In this document: positions 1 through 12,924 of the stretch, in pieces
Layout of the letters: every line of letters starts with the position of its first letter
Position numbering within the stretch: the stretch's first letter is position 1
Assembly (NCBI RefSeq): GCF_006345805.1
Contig: NC_042999.1
Location: forward strand, 170,500,001 to 170,564,000
Origin: Octopus sinensis
Taxonomy: Eukaryota
DNA length: 64,000 nucleotides
Reading direction: 5' to 3'
The notes under the pieces: generated by a model
Told to the model about the DNA's origin: nothing
What the model saw: only the letters and a program-made list of their open reading frames with translations
The model's database searches: none
Program-made: the position numbers and the translations under genes

Positions 1-14
1 TAGTAAAGAAATAG

Positions 15-147
15 GTATTTCGTCTGCCGCTACGTTGTGAGTTCAAATTCCGCCGAAGTCGACTTTGCCTTTCATCCTTTCGGGGTCGATTAAATAAGTA
101 CCAGTTACACACTGGGGTCAATATAATCGACTTAATCCGTTTGTCTG
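15..147 (+). mobile_element. tRNA-headed SINE family A, 5'-truncated copy
   Basis: GAGTTCAAATTCC B-box followed by GACTTTGCCTTTCATCCTTTCGGGGTCGAT..AATAAGTACCAG..CTGGGGTC. The same block recurs more than 10 times in the window. Confidence 0.8.
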
Positions 148-1117
148 CCTTTCATTCTTTCTGAGCCGATAAAATATGTACCACTTGAACCCTGGGGTCG
201 ATCTCTTACCAGAAATTGCTGGCCTAGTACTAAAATTTGAAACTAATATCATTGTTTCTTCAAGCTTTAGCTCAAGTCTCTATATTTTTTATTACTGGTC
301 CTTTATAACCAACGAGGGACCTTTATACAGTCTCTTGAATGGCTAGAAATATCAGCCAAGCTTCTTTATATCATACTCTACGTTTTTCCATTAAAATGAA
401 TAAGAAATATTAGATAATATAGTATTATGTACTTCCAAGTCGTGATAGTCATGGATGGACAGCCTTCTTGATGTGAGTGGACCTGGAGATAAACAACAAT
501 ACTGTTATGCCTTCTACGCATAACAATCAAGTCCCGCTCAAATCTCATTGTTTCATTTTGAAAAAAATGGCCAAGAAATAGATGTAGGATAATGTGCGTC
601 TGGATAATCTATGCTTCAGAAAAAGAAGATAGAATAATCACGGATATCGTCTCTTTTTGATCAGAGCTCTGTCCTATTAGATCTGACCTGTTTGGGCTGC
701 AATAACAAGAACGCTAACACAGTCCTGTGTTTGAGCCTGGCATCAGATAACTATGATCAATTAATGTGCAGTTATAATATGGACTAGAGTTTAAATTACA
801 ATATATTAAGGAAGGAAACATTAACAAAACGTCCCCAGCATAGAGGGGAAAGGCTTGACAAATACGGCAGAAGGTGCTTGAAACGCTGTCATTTACATGA
901 CAGATACAACAATGAAAAGAATTTTATATATACATACGGACACAGAAATACCTATAAATCTCTGTGTTAATTTCACAGAAAAAAATTCTTCATGGGAGGT
1001 AAATTGCCCGGAAATCCGGTAATTGTTTACTTCGACATTTGCAAGTTTATTTCTCTGTCGTCTGTATCTAATAAATAAATTCAAATCAAATCAAAGTTAG
1101 TGCTGGCATCTCACTGA

Positions 1118-1138
1118 TGAATTGTTGTTGTTATTGTT

Positions 1139-1181
<43 letters not shown>

Positions 1182-1312
1182 TAATAATAATAATAATAAT
1201 AATAATGATAATAATAATAATAATAATGATGATGATGATGATAATAATAATAATAATAATAAAGATAATAATAATAATAATAATGATGATGATAATAATG
1301 ATGATGATGATG

Positions 1313-1373
<61 letters not shown>
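1118..1373. repeat. compound (TTG)/(AAT)n/(GAT)n microsatellite
   Basis: Directly visible trinucleotide runs; source of the poly-N, poly-I and poly-Y ORFs. Confidence 0.97.
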
Positions 1374-1374
<1 letters not shown>

Positions 1375-2007
1375 TGAATTTGTTAATTTGTATAGATCCC
1401 ATGATTTATGATACGTACCTCCTGTGTAGAAGATACAAGCCATTGTTTTCTCTGTGCTTATTTTCTTTTTAATAAAATTGTTGCTCTCTCAAACTCCTCA
1501 GCTTGTTAGCTCTTGAAATGCTACGCTAAATTATTGGTACTTAGGTCAGAATACATCGTAACATTTTATTTTATTATTTCAACTTGGTTGTATTTTGAGA
1601 GATTGTCTAAGTATCTACCCCACAAGGCATTTATTCCAGGTGGTATAATAATAACCTTGGCCTACTCATTAAAACTTTTAAGTCATTGACTAAGTTTCAT
1701 TTGAAACATTTTGGCGGCACTTTAGCGTGGAAGGTTTATATTGACCAATCGAGATATTCGGACATTCAGTCCGAGCTTTACTTATTGTTCCTTACATAGT
1801 GTTCCGCTTTACTTGCGCTCACGAAATTTATTTAATTTAAATCTCTCCACATGCACGTGCAAGTATATTTGCTAATGCGTTTACACTCATAGTTTCAGTT
1901 CACGAAAAAAGAGGCTTTCACGCATAATTATACATTTATATACACGCAGATAAATACAATGACAAACAAATCCGTACAAATATGATGACCAAGACAAGTA
2001 CATAGCT

Positions 2008-2023
2008 ATATCCATCTATCTAC

Positions 2024-2122
<99 letters not shown>

Positions 2123-2180
2123 CCTATCTATCTAACTATCTATCTATCTACCTATCTATCTTCTATCTATCTATCTATCT
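2008..2180. repeat. (TATC)n microsatellite
   Basis: Direct tandem tetranucleotide run. Confidence 0.97.
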
Positions 2181-2782
2181 ATGCTTGTCTGTCTGCCTGT
2201 ATATGTGTATGTATGCATGTATGTTTATGAAAGGAGACACCAGTATACAAGTAGACATACAAACAAAATATACATGCCTGCACATGTAAAAACACCTAAA
2301 TCTATCTATCAATCTATCTATCAATCAATCTATCTATCTATCTGTCTGTCTGTCTGTCTATATGACAGAGAAGCAATGTAGATAGCTGTATATGATTATA
2401 TAAACAAATACACGTATATATCATACAGGGAAATCCATAACCTTTGAGTATTCTTTTGCGAAAATGCGAAGCTTTATCGAATAGAATCGACTGAACATTT
2501 AAACGCCTCTATTTCAATCATATCTACTAAGAATTGCACAATTCGTAAAAAAATTGTGAAACTACTGAAAAGAAGGAACCAAGATTTTAAATGAAGTCCT
2601 TATGGTAAATATATATATTCCTTTGATATATATTTTTCTGTCTTTATTTTGTTTGTTTCTTTAATGCTACACTTCGATTAACAATATTGTTTAGTTAAAG
2701 ACCTCACGATTTTGAAGTAAGATGCTTTAAAAAACAAAACGGTTATTAGTAATTTTGATGTTGGTTTCTGATCTATCTGTTT

Positions 2783-2912
<130 letters not shown>

Positions 2913-2924
2913 CATGTATGTATG

Positions 2925-3050
2925 TCTCTTCTATTTTAATTATTATAAATCTTCCATTGTGGAAGGATCCGGTTTCCAACAAAGATACAAAGTTCCAAAT
3001 TGGGATGTAATTAACACAGACAAATTCACATTTGGAACTTGAGAAAAGCC
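2925..3050 (-). mobile_element. 3' end of an R4/Dong-like RLE retrotransposon embedded in (CATA)n
   Basis: Minus strand reads ...AFLKFQM* then a short 3' UTR homologous to 3161-3230. (TATG)n lies on both sides. Confidence 0.55.
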
Positions 3051-3160
3051 ATGTACGCATGCATGCATGTATGTATGTATGTATGTATGTATGTATGTAT
3101 GTATGTATGTATGTATGTATGTATGTATGTATGTATGTATGTATGTATGTATGTATGTAT

Positions 3161-3856
3161 TTATATTCTCTTCTGTTTTTAATTATCTAAATTCTTCCTC
3201 TGAAGAAGGAGCTTGTTTCTAACAAAGATAAAAAAAACTACACCGTCAGAATGCAGATAACAAAAACGATGTCACATTTTAAACGTGCTCCATTTTAAAC
3301 AGATTGTATTTGTGATGTACGAGTTAGTTGATTGATTTCTTTTCCTGAAAATCCATGCTTATCTAGAATGTTAGGCATTCACTCACAAAACCAAATGCAC
3401 CAATTATTATTGGTATGAATGTAAATTTATAATCTGGATACAGAAGCTGCCGGTTTTGAAGCAACTATCCATAGTTATCCTCTTTTTCTTTGATTGTCAA
3501 AGAGATATTCACATCAGCCGGACAGCTGACCTCTATAACGGTACATACCTCTCATTGTCTGTCCCAAACAACAATATCCGTCCACTTGACATGTTTTTAT
3601 GGGAATGTTCAACCAGCATCCCTTGTGTTGATGTTTCCGTACCTATTCAATAACAGGGGTATTCTCTGCATTTATCCAAGGACAGTTTTTTTTCAGAATA
3701 GCATTGCATATCGTTTATGCGTCAACATCATGCTGCATAAGGAGATAGTACCGTGATGACATTTAGGGGCAGCCTCTAATCACATGCGGGATGCCCTCCA
3801 CAGATACATGGCATAATCCACATTTTGGAGTTTCAGGTGTCTCACTGTCTCTTTAG
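3161..3856 (-). pseudogene. 5'-truncated, decayed R4/Dong-like non-LTR retrotransposon (CCHC knuckle + restriction-like endonuclease)
   Basis: Minus-strand conceptual translation with stops and frameshifts: KCGLCHVSVEGIPHVIRGCP, IVVWDRQ.EVCTVIEVSCPADVNISLTIKEKEDNYG, FTFIPIIIGAFGFVSECL. Flanked on both sides by (TATG)n. Confidence 0.75.
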
Positions 3857-4274
3857 TGTATGTATGTATGTATGTATGTATGTATGTATGTATGTACGTA
3901 TGTATGTATGCATGCATGCATGCATGTATGCATGTATGTATGTATGTATGTATGCATGTATGTATGAATGTATGCATGTATGTATGTATGTATGTGTGTA
4001 TGTATGTATGTATGTATGTATGTATGTATGTATGTATGAATGTATGCATGCATGTATGTATCTACGTATGTATGTATGCATGCATGCATGCATGTATGTA
4101 TGTATGTATGTATGTATGTATGCATGTATGTATGAATGTATGTATGTATGTATGTATGCATGCATGCATGCATGCATGTATGCATGTATGTATGTATGTA
4201 TGTATGTATGTATGTATGTATGTATGAATGTATGCATGTATGTATGTATGTATGTATGTATGTATGTATGTATG

Positions 4275-4308
<34 letters not shown>

Positions 4309-4334
4309 TGTATGCATGTATGTATGTATGTATG

Positions 4335-4365
<31 letters not shown>

Positions 4366-4391
4366 TGTATGTATGTATGTATGTATGTATG

Positions 4392-4422
<31 letters not shown>

Positions 4423-4452
4423 TGTATGTATGTATGAATGTATGTATGTATG

Positions 4453-4483
<31 letters not shown>

Positions 4484-4780
4484 TGTATGTATGTATGTAT
4501 GTATGTATGTATGTATGTATGTATGTATGTATGTATGTATGTATGTATGTATGTATGTATGTATGTGTATGTATGTATGTATGTATGTATGTATGTATGT
4601 AGTATGTAATGTAGTATGTATGTATGTATGTATGTATGTATGTATGTATGGTGTATGTATGTATGTATGTATGTATGTATGTATGTATGTATGTATGTAT
4701 GTATGTATGTATGTATGTATGTATGTATGTATGTATGTATGAATGTAGTATGTATGTATGTATGTATGTATGTATGTATG

Positions 4781-4819
<39 letters not shown>

Positions 4820-4885
4820 TGTATGTATGTAGTATGTATGTATGTATGTATGTAATGTATGTATGTATGTATGTATGTATGTATG

Positions 4886-4916
<31 letters not shown>

Positions 4917-5004
4917 TGTATGTATATGTATTGTATGTATGTATGTATGTATGTATGTATGTATGTATGTATGTATGTATATATGTATGTATGATGTATG
5001 TATG

Positions 5005-5035
<31 letters not shown>

Positions 5036-5534
5036 TGTATGTATGTATTATGTATGTATGTATGTATGTATGTATGTATGTAGTAATGTATGTATGTATG
5101 TATGTATGTAATGTATGTATGTTATGTATGTATGTAGGTATGTATGTATGTATGTATGTATGTATGTATGTATGTTGTATGTAGTATGTATGTATGTATG
5201 TATGTATGTTGTATGTATGTATGCATGTATGTATGTATGTATATGTATGGTATGTATGTATGTATGTATGTATGTATGTATGTATGTATATGTATGTATG
5301 TATGTATGTATATGTATGATGTATGTATGTATGTATGTATGTATGTATGTATGTATGTATGTATATGTATGTTATGTATGTATGTATGTATGTATATGTA
5401 TGTATGTATGTATGTATGTATTGTATGTATGTATGTATGTATGTATATATATGTATGTATGTATGTATTTATGTATGTAGTATGTATATGTATGTATGTT
5501 GTATGTATGTATGTATGTATGGTATGTATGTATG

Positions 5535-5566
<32 letters not shown>

Positions 5567-5632
5567 TGTCTGTATATGTAGTATGTATGTATGTAGTATG
5601 TATGTATGTATGTATGTATATGTATGTATATG

Positions 5633-5664
<32 letters not shown>

Positions 5665-5702
5665 TGTATATGTATGTATGATGTATGTATGTATGTATGT
5701 AG

Positions 5703-5734
<32 letters not shown>

Positions 5735-5791
5735 TGTATGTATGTATATAGTATGTATGTATGTATGTATGTATGTATGTATGTATGTATG

Positions 5792-5823
<32 letters not shown>

Positions 5824-5829
5824 TGTATG

Positions 5830-5861
<32 letters not shown>

Positions 5862-6121
5862 TGTATGTATGTATATGTATTGTATGTAGTATGTATGTAT
5901 GTATGTATGATGTATGTATGGAATGTATGTATGTATGTATGTATGTATGTATGTATGTATGTATGTATGTATGTATGTATGTATGTATATGTATGTATGA
6001 TGTATGTATGTAGTATTATGTATGTATGTATGTATGTATGTATGTATGTATGTATGTATGTTATGTATGTATGTATGTATGTATGTATGTATGTATGTAT
6101 GTATGTATGTATGTATGTATG

Positions 6122-6152
<31 letters not shown>

Positions 6153-6336
6153 TGTATGTATGTATGTATGTATGTATGTAGGATGTATGTATGTATGTAT
6201 GTATGTATGTATTGTATGTATGTATATGTATGTATGTATTATGTATGTAGTATGTATGAATGTATGTATGTATGTATGTATGTATGTATGATGTATGTAT
6301 ATGTAGTATGTATGTATGTATGTATGTATATGTATG

Positions 6337-6368
<32 letters not shown>

Positions 6369-6418
6369 TGTATGTATGTATGTATTTATGTATGTATGTA
6401 TATGTATGTATATGTATG

Positions 6419-6450
<32 letters not shown>

Positions 6451-6504
6451 TGTATGTATGTATGTTGTATGTATGTAGTATGTATGTATGTATGTATATG
6501 TATG

Positions 6505-6545
<41 letters not shown>

Positions 6546-7086
6546 TGTATGTATGTATGAATGTATGTATGTATGTATGTATGTATGTATGTATGTATGT
6601 ATGTATGTATGTATATGTATGTATATATATGTATGTATGTATGAATGTATGTATGTATGTATGTATGTATGAATGTATGTATGTATGTATGAATGTATGT
6701 ACGTATGTATGAATGTATGAATGTATGTATGAATGTATGAATGTATTGTATGTATGTATGTATGTATGTATGTATGTGTATGTATGTATGTATGAATGAT
6801 GTATGTATGTATGCATGTATGTATGAATGTATGTATGTATGTATGTATGTATGTATGAATGTATGTACGTATGTATGATGTATGAATGTATGTATGAATG
6901 TATGAATGTATGTATGTATGTATGTATGTATGTAATGTATGTATGTATGTAATGTATGTATGAATGTATGTATGTATGTATGTATGTATGAATGTATGTA
7001 TGTATGTATGTATGTATGTATGAATGTATGTACGTATGTATGAATGTATGAATGTATGTATGAATGTATGTATGTATGTATGTATG

Positions 7087-7117
<31 letters not shown>

Positions 7118-7255
7118 TGTATGTATGAATGTATGTATGTATGTATGTATGTATGAATGTATGTATGTATGTATGTATGTATGTATGAATGTATGTACGT
7201 ATGTATGAATGTATGAATGTATGTATGAATGTATGAATGTATGTATGTATGTATG

Positions 7256-7286
<31 letters not shown>

Positions 7287-7850
7287 TGTATGTATGAATG
7301 TATGTATGTATGTATGTATGTATGAATGTATGTATGTATGTATGTATGTATGTATGTACGTATGTACGTATGTATGAATGTATGAATGTATGTATGTATG
7401 TAATGTATGTATGTATGTATGTATGTACGTATGTACGTATGTATGAATGTATGAATGTATGTATGTATGTATGTATGTATGTAATGTATGTATGTATGTA
7501 TGTAATGTATGTATGTATGTATGTATGTAATGTATGTATGTATGTATGTATGTATGTACGTATGTACGTATGTATGAATGTATGAATGTATGTATGTATG
7601 TATGTATGTATGTAATGTATGTATGTATGTATGTATGTACGTATGTACGTATGTATGAATGTATGATGTATGTATGTCTGTATGTATGTATGTTATGTAT
7701 GTATGTAGTATGTATGAATGTATGTATGTATGTATTATGTATGTATGTATGTATGTATGTATGTATTATGTATGTGTGTATGTATGTATGTATGTATGTG
7801 TGTATGTATGTATGTTATGTATGTATGTATGTATGTACGTATGTATGTAC
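3857..7850. repeat. ~4-kb (TATG)n array with CATG/AATG/TACG variant units
   Basis: Directly visible; source of all MYVC and HTYI ORFs. Confidence 0.98.
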
Positions 7851-7926
7851 ATACATTTTTTCGTTTTCTTTTCTTGCCAAATAAACACACGCATTATGTA
7901 TTCGTGCTTCACTCGTTTGTTTTTGT

Positions 7927-8074
7927 TCTTATTTTATCCTACGTCCATTGTCTAGAAATCTTTAGTCACACACCTGTGACCTCTTCGGCGACACGTGGGA
8001 TAGAAGAGTCGTTGAAAATATCACAGACGTGTGACGAAAGATTTTCAGACAATGGACGCAGGATAAAATAAGAA
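7927..8074. repeat. ~150-bp foldback (imperfect inverted repeat), Penelope-like remnant
   Basis: TTCTTATTTTATCCTACGTCCATTGTCTAGAAATCTT pairs with AAGATTTTCAGACAATGGACGCAGGATAAAATAAGAA; inner GTCACAC..CTGTGA pairs with TCACAG..GTGTGAC. Confidence 0.8.
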
Positions 8075-8141
8075 AAATAATAACACACACACACACACAC
8101 GTATATATATATATATGTGTGTGTGTGTGTATATTTATATA

Positions 8142-8997
8142 TGATGGCTGCCCCCTCGTTATCGAGTATGGCCATTGCACGAAGCCTAACTGTTATTGGT
8201 GATCGAATGTGACTTTTTAGCCCAGCTAAAGATCTACAACGTCCTGTACAGAATTGGCAACTAAAAACTTTACCGGTAATAGCCGGCTGTAGTTGTAACT
8301 GGGTTCCATGTACCTTTGCATGTCGTTTAAGTCCTCCTGCCGAATTACACTCTCTTCTACATGCTCGACAGATATGATTAGTATGGTGTGTTACACCACC
8401 ACCAGTGGCCAGGTTGTCACTCATCTGTCTCGCTTTATGACTACGAAGATGACTCTTGAGTCCAGCTTTACTGCGGCAGGGTCTTGCACAGGCACTGCAT
8501 GTCAGCATCATAGGAAGACCCTGACCATCTGGATGTGTAACAGCGATGCCCTTCCTGACATCCCTCCTTACTTTCTCATGTGCAACTCGAGATTTCTCAA
8601 AAGTGGCTGTCCCCTCGTGCACAATCCTTCTCCACCTGCTACGATCAATAACTATGCCTTCCCATGTGTCAGGAGAGATGCAAGCATCTCATAAGGAAGC
8701 CTTCAGCAAGTCCTTATACCTCTTTTTTGGTTTATGTGGAGGTCGTTCTCCTTTAGCTAACTCTCCATAAAAGAGTCGCTTTGGCATCCTTGAATCCTTC
8801 ATCCTGACCAGATGACCACTCCATCTGAGCCTTTGCTTTAACACAAGAGCTTCTATACTTTCACACCGAGAGCCTTCCAATATTTCAAGATAACTGATGC
8901 GGTCCTTCCACTTAATGTCATAGATCCGTCTGAGACACATCTGATGGAAACGTTCCAGTTGTTTAAGGTGGTATCGATATGTGACCCATGTCTCGCA
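8142..8997 (-). pseudogene. 3' portion of an RTE-clade LINE (post-RT region + three C-terminal C2H2 zinc fingers), one frameshift near 8690
   Basis: CETWVTYRYHLKQLERFHQMCLRRIYDIKWKDRIS..LRWSGHLVRMKDSRMPKRLFYGEL is the typical RTE post-RT sequence. It is followed by CSACARPCRSKAGLKSHLRSH, CRACRRECNSAGGLKRHAKVH and CQFCTGRCRSLAGLKSHIRS. Confidence 0.88.
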
Positions 8998-9425
8998 AAC
9001 CGGCAACCCCACCAAGTTTGCTTGGTGAGGAGGGTGTTTATTGGACACCCTGCGGGATGAAAAACAAAACCCGTCAAAGGTCGGAGGAACTCTTGAGAGT
9101 CAACGGCCATCCAATAAATGTCTTAAGGCTGTATCATGCGCGGGGACATAGAAATAATTGGACTGAATACCCGATCGCGCGGTTAAACCATTGGGAGTGA
9201 AGGACTCCCAGCCTTTGTTAGGGCATCCTTCTAGGAGAAGGTAACTCAGGTAACTGGGATAACTCCGACATAAAACCTGCGGCTCAGTGGTTACCGATGA
9301 TGTTGACTTGTTCTTCTTTTCGGATTATGGCTGCTGTTGCTTAGTGAGTGGGATTGACTCAGTGCACAGCCTTTCCTCACTTTAAAAAATATCTTCTTGC
9401 ACAGGCATTGCACGATTACAACATT
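8997..9425 (+). mobile_element. RTE 5'-UTR-like segment joined in inverted orientation to the RTE fragment
   Basis: Near-identical reverse complement of 50640-51075, which there is fused to the same 3' tail as the RTE fragment. Confidence 0.65.
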
Positions 9426-10472
9426 GATTGATTAAATTGATTAACTAATTCATGATTGTTGATGGCGCTGTGAGTCTCAACTGAATGGCTGGCTGTAGCC
9501 TTAAAAAGCAAAAAATCAATATATATATATATATATATATATGTACGTGGACTCATTTTATATGGGGGGAGAGACTTAGCGGTGTGATGCTTAAGCTGTT
9601 CTCAGCCTGAATCGAGCAAACCCATGGTCAAAGACATTCCCTCCACGACCACTACATTTTATTTTCAAACATTATGTTATCGAAAGTGTAACTTTCCACA
9701 ACTGTAGCATGATATTAGTGAGAGTTGGTCGCTATTTCTAGTAGTTGAGTGGTTGCATAGGAACTTCTTCGATGTTCCTGCTTCTCTCAAAGTCATTAAT
9801 GATGCAAGTGAAGTGAAATGAAGATTTCGGAATCGAATTTAATCCATTGGTACCACTAAGAGTGTTCTATTGACTTGTTCTGTTGATATTGGAATATAAC
9901 CAACAACGAAAAACGACAGATAATGTTATATACTCTGTGGGATTCGAACTCAGATGGATGAATGGATTAGCTCATCATCATCATCACCACCAACAACAAC
10001 AGCCTTTAGGTACCATGTTACTGCAGTGCCGAAATGTGTACAGAAATATTTCTGAGTGATAATGTCCACCAGAAATTATAAGACAATTTTGTGAAAAGAA
10101 ATGAGCTGCCAGGCATGCAGACCATCGAATTGGCCACTTGATGCCACTTGATGCTACTGTCCAACGGTAAACAAGTGAAGAAACATGCCAAGAATTTCAG
10201 TCTATAACAACATTCACTACTATGAATGGGGTGGGGTTTACAGACCTAGTTTAAAATTTACTTCAAAACAATATGACGCCCCATAAGAAAAACAAGACAT
10301 TTAATAAAATTATCATTTTCCACACTATTAACTTCATCTTTAGAATGCATATTTACATTATTTATATCTACATTTCGTAGCAATAAACTTGTTTACCAAG
10401 TCACTGGGATTGGATAAAATATCTTAGTTTAGAAAGGAAATTCCCAGTTCGAATCTCATCAGTGATAAGATA

Positions 10473-11054
10473 CAATATTTTCCGGCATACAAGTCGAATT
10501 TTCAGACCAAAATTTACATAGGCGTAGGAGTGACTGTGTGGTAAGTAGCTTGCTTACCAACCACATAGTTCCGGGTCCAGTCCCACTGAGTGGCACCTTG
10601 GGCAAGTGTCTTCTACTATAGCCTCGGGCCGACCAAAGTCTTGTGAGTGGATTTGGTAGACGGAAACTGAAAGAAGCCCGTCGTATATATGTATGTATAT
10701 ATATATGTGTGTGTATATGTTTGTGTGTCTGTATTTGTCCCTCCAATATCGCTTGACAACCGATGCTAGCGTCTTTACGTCCCTGTAACTTAGCTGTTCG
10801 GCAAAAGAGACTGATAGAATATGTACTAGGCTTACAAATATAAGTCCTGGGGTCGATTTGTTCCAGCATGGCCACAGTTAAATGACTCAAACAAGTAAAA
10901 GAGTAAAAGAGCCCCCAAAAAGGGACGACTTTGGCGGGCCAAAAATTTCATGTGAAAAACAGCAGGATTTGGAAACATAATAACGATGCTTGAAAGTTTA
11001 CACAACATATTTACCCTGTATAAACTACGTAGACTTTTGTGCCGGAAAATACGG
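10473..11054. mobile_element. TA-flanked MITE (CCGTATTTTCCGGC-type TIR, Tc1/pogo-like) interrupted by a SINE
   Basis: Left CAATATTTTCCGGCATACAAGTCGA vs reverse complement of right CCGTATTTTCCGGCACAAAAGTCTA (20/25); TA on both sides. Confidence 0.65.
10521..10911 (+). mobile_element. tRNA-headed SINE family B
   Basis: GGAGTGACTGTGTGGTAAGTAGC A-box-like head, GGTCCAGTCCC B-box-like, internal (TA)/(TG) tract, AGTAAAAG tail repeats. Matches copies at 14.0, 46.6, 55.5 and 60.9 kb. Confidence 0.88.
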
Positions 11055-11423
11055 TACACGCACACGCACACATCATCCTGGAATATGACGACTGATGTTG
11101 ACCGGAGATTAAAATAACTGAAATGTAATGTAGATATATTTACAATATTTCAATTTTAAATTATTTTGTTAGGGTTATTTCTACAGATATTCTATAGAAA
11201 TTATAGCCAACACTGATTTTTGCAACAGCATTTCATATCAAGACATCAAATGTAAACAAACAATAAGATCAAAAACAATAATGGGGAATAAGTGTATACG
11301 CCATATTTCGGAGTTTTTTTGCCTCTTCATCAGAACCCGTCTAACCTATTGTCGCCTCCGAACACATTGCTTATATAGCTACCGCATACAGCAGTGTTAA
11401 ATTATTGCATATACCAATTTACA

Positions 11424-12716
11424 TTGGGTTAGCAACTAAGTTCCCACCGTTTTTTTAAATTAAAATTTTTTTAAAGGTTTAATAAAAAAATAACAACTAA
11501 TTAATCAATAATGTGTTCACCTTTGTTGTTTACAACTTCTCAACGTTCAACAAAATTTTCAATACCTTTTTGTTAGAAATCACCCGATTTCGACTCGAAA
11601 AATTGATCCAACCAAGCTATCAATTCTGCATCAGTATTGAACGAAACTCTGTGCATAGCATTTGAAAGAGATTGAAAGAGGTGGAAATCCGTTGGTGTTA
11701 AATCAGGAGAGTACAGTGAGTGTGGCAGCACTTCCCAGCCATGCGTTTGAATGGCTTCCTTGGTCATATTGGCGATATGAGGGCGGGCTTTGTCGTGAAG
11801 CAGAAGAACTCCATGCTGCCGATTAGGTCTTTTCTCTTGAATAGCTTTGTTGGGTCGTTCCATCTGATGAACAAAGAGTTCCGCGTTGACCGTTTGGTTC
11901 CCTTCAAGCAATTCGTAATGGATAATCCCTTCCCAGTCCCACCATACACACAACATCGTTTTACGCGGATGAAGATCTTGTTTCACTCGCGGTATCGCTT
12001 GTTTACCGGGGCTAAGCCATTCCTTACGCTGCTTCATATTGATGTTCAGGCACCATTTTTCGTCGCCAGAAACGATTCGGTAGAGAAATCGTTGCTTTTG
12101 TCCATGAGTTGAGCGGTGACGAGTAAGCAAACCAGCGGAGATTGTGGCTCGTTGATTTTTGTTGTTGTCACTTAAAGCATGCGGAACCCATGCTCCATAC
12201 TTCTGAACCTTACCCATCGAGTGAAGATGCTTCTCCAAAGCAGTGTGGGAGCATTCCATTTTCTCTGCCAGTTTCCATGTCGTTTGACAAGAATTTTCGT
12301 GCAAGAGTTGGTTTAATCGCTCTTCATCGAACTCAACTGGACGGCCAGAACGAGGTGCGTCTTTGAGGTCAAAACTTCCATTTTTGAACTTAGCATACCA
12401 ATCGTGAGCCGTTCTTTCAGCTATCGCACCCTCTCCATACACAGCACAAATGTCGCGAGCAGCTTTTGCGGCCTTAGAACCTTGATTAAAAACAAAAAGA
12501 AGGTGTCGAAAATGCTCGTTTTTCTTAACTGGACATTCCATTTTAATGATCTGAAAATGAACAAAAATTAACAAAAGTTAATTAGAAAAAAAAAAGTTAA
12601 AATCGATTCTAAAATGATTCAAAAATAGAATTCTCAAAAAAAATAGATTCCAAAATTTAAAAACACAATAAATCCCAAAATTAAAAAAAACGGCGGGTAA
12701 TTAGTTGCCAATCCAA
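11424..12716 (-). mobile_element. full-length mariner (Tc1/mariner, D,D34D) transposon
   Basis: TIRs TTGGGTTAGCAACTAAGTTCCCACCGTTTTTT and AAAAAACGGCGGGTAATTAGTTGCCAATCCAA, TA on the right (left decayed to CA); ~1.3 kb with a transposase ORF. Confidence 0.95.
11573..12574 (-). pseudogene. mariner transposase, prematurely terminated ~25 codons before the natural end
   Basis: HTH region RSGRP, WVPHAL linker, GDEKW / HDKARPH / YSPDLTPTD catalytic motifs. The frame continues past TAA as QKGIENFVER*EVVNNKGEHIID*. Confidence 0.93.
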
Positions 12717-12756
12717 TATATTAAATGCATTCCTGGAGCTGGCACGTAAAGTGATC

Positions 12757-12850
12757 GAAAGAGGTGGAAATCCGTTGGAGCCAAATCAGAAGAGTACGGC
12801 GGGTGTGGCAGCACTTCCCAGCCATGTGTTTGAATGGTTTCCTTGGTCAT
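12757..12850 (-). mobile_element. second short fragment of the same mariner family outside the TIR
   Basis: Homologous to 11675-11767; translates PHPPYSSDLAPTDFHLFR. Confidence 0.8.
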
Positions 12851-12924
12851 AAATGTTTTTATAAGTCAATAACCTTAACAAAAATAATGAAAAATATGCA
12901 CTGCTAGTGCAATAGAACATGGCA

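Noticed and set aside
3780-7955. Long MYVC/HTYI ORFs (up to 305 aa)
   Set aside because: Translations of (TATG)n, which lacks stops in most frames; the same applies to the poly-I, poly-N, poly-Y, CV and HT ORFs elsewhere.
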